A DNA stretch of 63,170 nt, counting the filler, from Anaerolineae bacterium (lineage in GTDB: Bacteria; Chloroflexota; Anaerolineae; Epilineales; Epilineaceae): the NCBI GenBank assembly GCA_029262755.1. It is 6 parts of 6 records of this genome, joined end to end, with 100 filler letters (N's around TTAATTAATTAA, not from the genome) between each part and the next. Parts side by side here need not be neighbours in the genome. Positions count along the whole stretch, not along the records: positions 59,883 to 63,170 come from JAJCYU010000412.1; 5 more parts are not named here. One strand, written 5' to 3'. The position numbers and the translations under genes are program-made. Positions within the stretch are counted from its first letter, which is position 1, and the number at the start of each line of letters is the position of its first letter. This document shows positions 61,780 through 63,170 of this stretch, piece by piece. Below the pieces are notes generated by a model. That model was not told the origin of the DNA and did no database searches. It saw only the letters and a list, made by a program, of their open reading frames with translations.

Positions 61780-62921
61780 GGGCGAGCGAACTCCTCGTGG
61801 TGCGTCGCGGGGACAACGCGTCGGCTGTGCGGCGTCATGATAGCGTCCGCGATCGCGGCGGCGGCGGATGCGGCGCCGTCGTCACGGGCGAGCACGTCGC
61901 GCCACGCTTCGGCGTTGCGTCGGTAGCGCGGCTCGGCTGCGACAGTCTTCATCGCTTCCAGCAGGCGCGCGGCGTCGGCTTCACGTTGCGGCACGCGCAG
62001 TGCCATGCCACGCGTCACCAATACGTCGAGTTGGGCGGCCTGCTCCTGGTTTCGCGCCACACCAACGAACGGAAGAGCGGCGCGTCCAGCCGCGAGCAAC
62101 AGCTTCTGGTCGCCGTCGAGCGCGACGACACCCGCATGGCGCGCGAGGACGTGCTCTTCGAGCTCCGCCCGGCTCAGCACGTCGATCGGCCCAACGATGG
62201 AAACGGTCGACGGGAGCGCGCCGAGGTCCGCGGCTTCGGGTGGATCGCAGATCAGCGTGCGGTCGCCTTCGAAGAGATCCCACATCGTGCGAAACGGTCG
62301 GACACCGTGGCGTCGCGCCACGATGTTGGACGGACGGACGAAGCGCCGGCCACGGGCGACGTGGCGGCTATAGCACGCGTCTCGCCATGGGGCCGACAGC
62401 CAGGTCCACGGAGGCCGCTCGGCCGATTCCGGCCACCGGCCGTAGCCCGCGCGGTAGTAATAGCGCGTCCCGGTCACCGGCCGCGGGGTGATCAGCGGCA
62501 CCCCTTCGGCGCGGGCCGAGATCGCGAAGGCGAGGCTGAAGCCGCCGACCACCGCCGCCGGCCGCCGCGATGCGAGCAGCGCGCGCTCGCCCGCGACACG
62601 TTGGGCGATTTCCTCCGTCGAAAAGAGCGCGTCTGCCCGGCGACGACGTTGATCGACGTCGAGCAGGCACGTGACCCGCGACGCGTCCAGCCGCGGCGCC
62701 AAGATCGTGCGCGGCCATCCCGCCGCCTCGATCTCGTGGCCGAATGGGCCACCGTAGTCGACGAAGGATGCCGTGAATCGACCGCGGCCCGCCGCTGCGA
62801 TAGCCAACAAGCGTCGGGTCTCGGCCAGCCCCCACGTCGCGGGCGCGAACAGCACGTGCGGCGGAGTCGTCACCGTTGGTGTTGGCACGTGCTTCGGCGT
62901 TGTCGTGTCGGCCGTGTGCAT
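61776..62921 (-). CDS. Glycosyltransferase (GT-B, family 1-like), apparently degenerate
   Basis: LAETRRL.IA N-terminal motif, E..LL...RP..V, ISARAEGVP, VGPI, PFVG...EQ; start uncertain (62921 or 63026); ATGA overlap with the VOC gene. Confidence 0.7.
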   Translation of the reverse strand: MHTADTTTPKHVPTPTVTTPPHVLFAPATWGLAETRRLLAIAAAGRGRFTASFVDYGGPFGHEIEAAGWPRTILAPRLDASRVTCLLDVDQRRRRADALFSTEEIAQRVAGERALLASRRPAAVVGGFSLAFAISARAEGVPLITPRPVTGTRYYYRAGYGRWPESAERPPWTWLSAPWRDACYSRHVARGRRFVRPSNIVARRHGVRPFRTMWDLFEGDRTLICDPPEAADLGALPSTVSIVGPIDVLSRAELEEHVLARHAGVVALDGDQKLLLAAGRAALPFVGVARNQEQAAQLDVLVTRGMALRVPQREADAARLLEAMKTVAAEPRYRRNAEAWRDVLARDDGAASAAAAIADAIMTPHSRRVVPATHHEEFARP

Positions 62922-63170
62922 ATCGGGTCCGCGTTCTCCCTTCATCGCTGCGGTGCGCGTCGAGCTATGGTGCGCGTCGAGCTGCGGTGCGATCTCGTCG
63001 TGCGCGATCACGTACGATGCGAACATGTAAGGGCTCGTCCGTTAACAAGGTCGCCAACCGAGGGCGTTGCTGCGCCGCTGTGCTGGTTCGCTGAGACGAA
63101 GGAATAGCAGCAGCGCTATTGCTGAGGAACAGCGGGCCGGCACAGCGGATGCAGCGACGGCCGAATTGGT

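Overview
The window is six unrelated contigs (A 1-12103, B 12204-36586, C 36687-42463, D 42564-53927, E 54028-59782, F 59883-63170) joined by artificial 100-nt linkers (N44-TTAATTAATTAA-N44), so gene order across linkers means nothing. The DNA is GC-rich and bacterial. Its many secreted Pro/Thr-linker proteins carrying an [IV]x-L-P-hydrophobic motif, archaeal-type ProRS and DRG-like TGS GTPase suggest Chloroflexota (inference). Housekeeping genes: dprA, trxB, beta-carbonic anhydrase, rel, ABC-F, ferredoxin, PhzF-like, proS, hutI, NfeD/flotillin, recJ, smc. Contig B starts with a Tad/Flp pilin locus with non-canonical class III signal motifs and a sigma-54-type promoter. The most unusual region is a compositionally distinct block in contig D (about 46030-51120). 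It holds a secreted metzincin next to a possible TIMP-like OB-fold partner, a broken HicB-like gene, a secreted Cys-rich gene missed by the ORF track because of an in-frame TGA followed by a hairpin, and a chimeric-looking VWA gene. Two copies of a ~90-nt multi-hairpin repeat bracket the last three genes. Contig E has a HigB-like toxin with a premature TAA next to an intact HigA-like antitoxin. I saw no rRNA, tRNA, CRISPR array or intact transposase. All family calls come from motif recognition by eye; no database searches were run.
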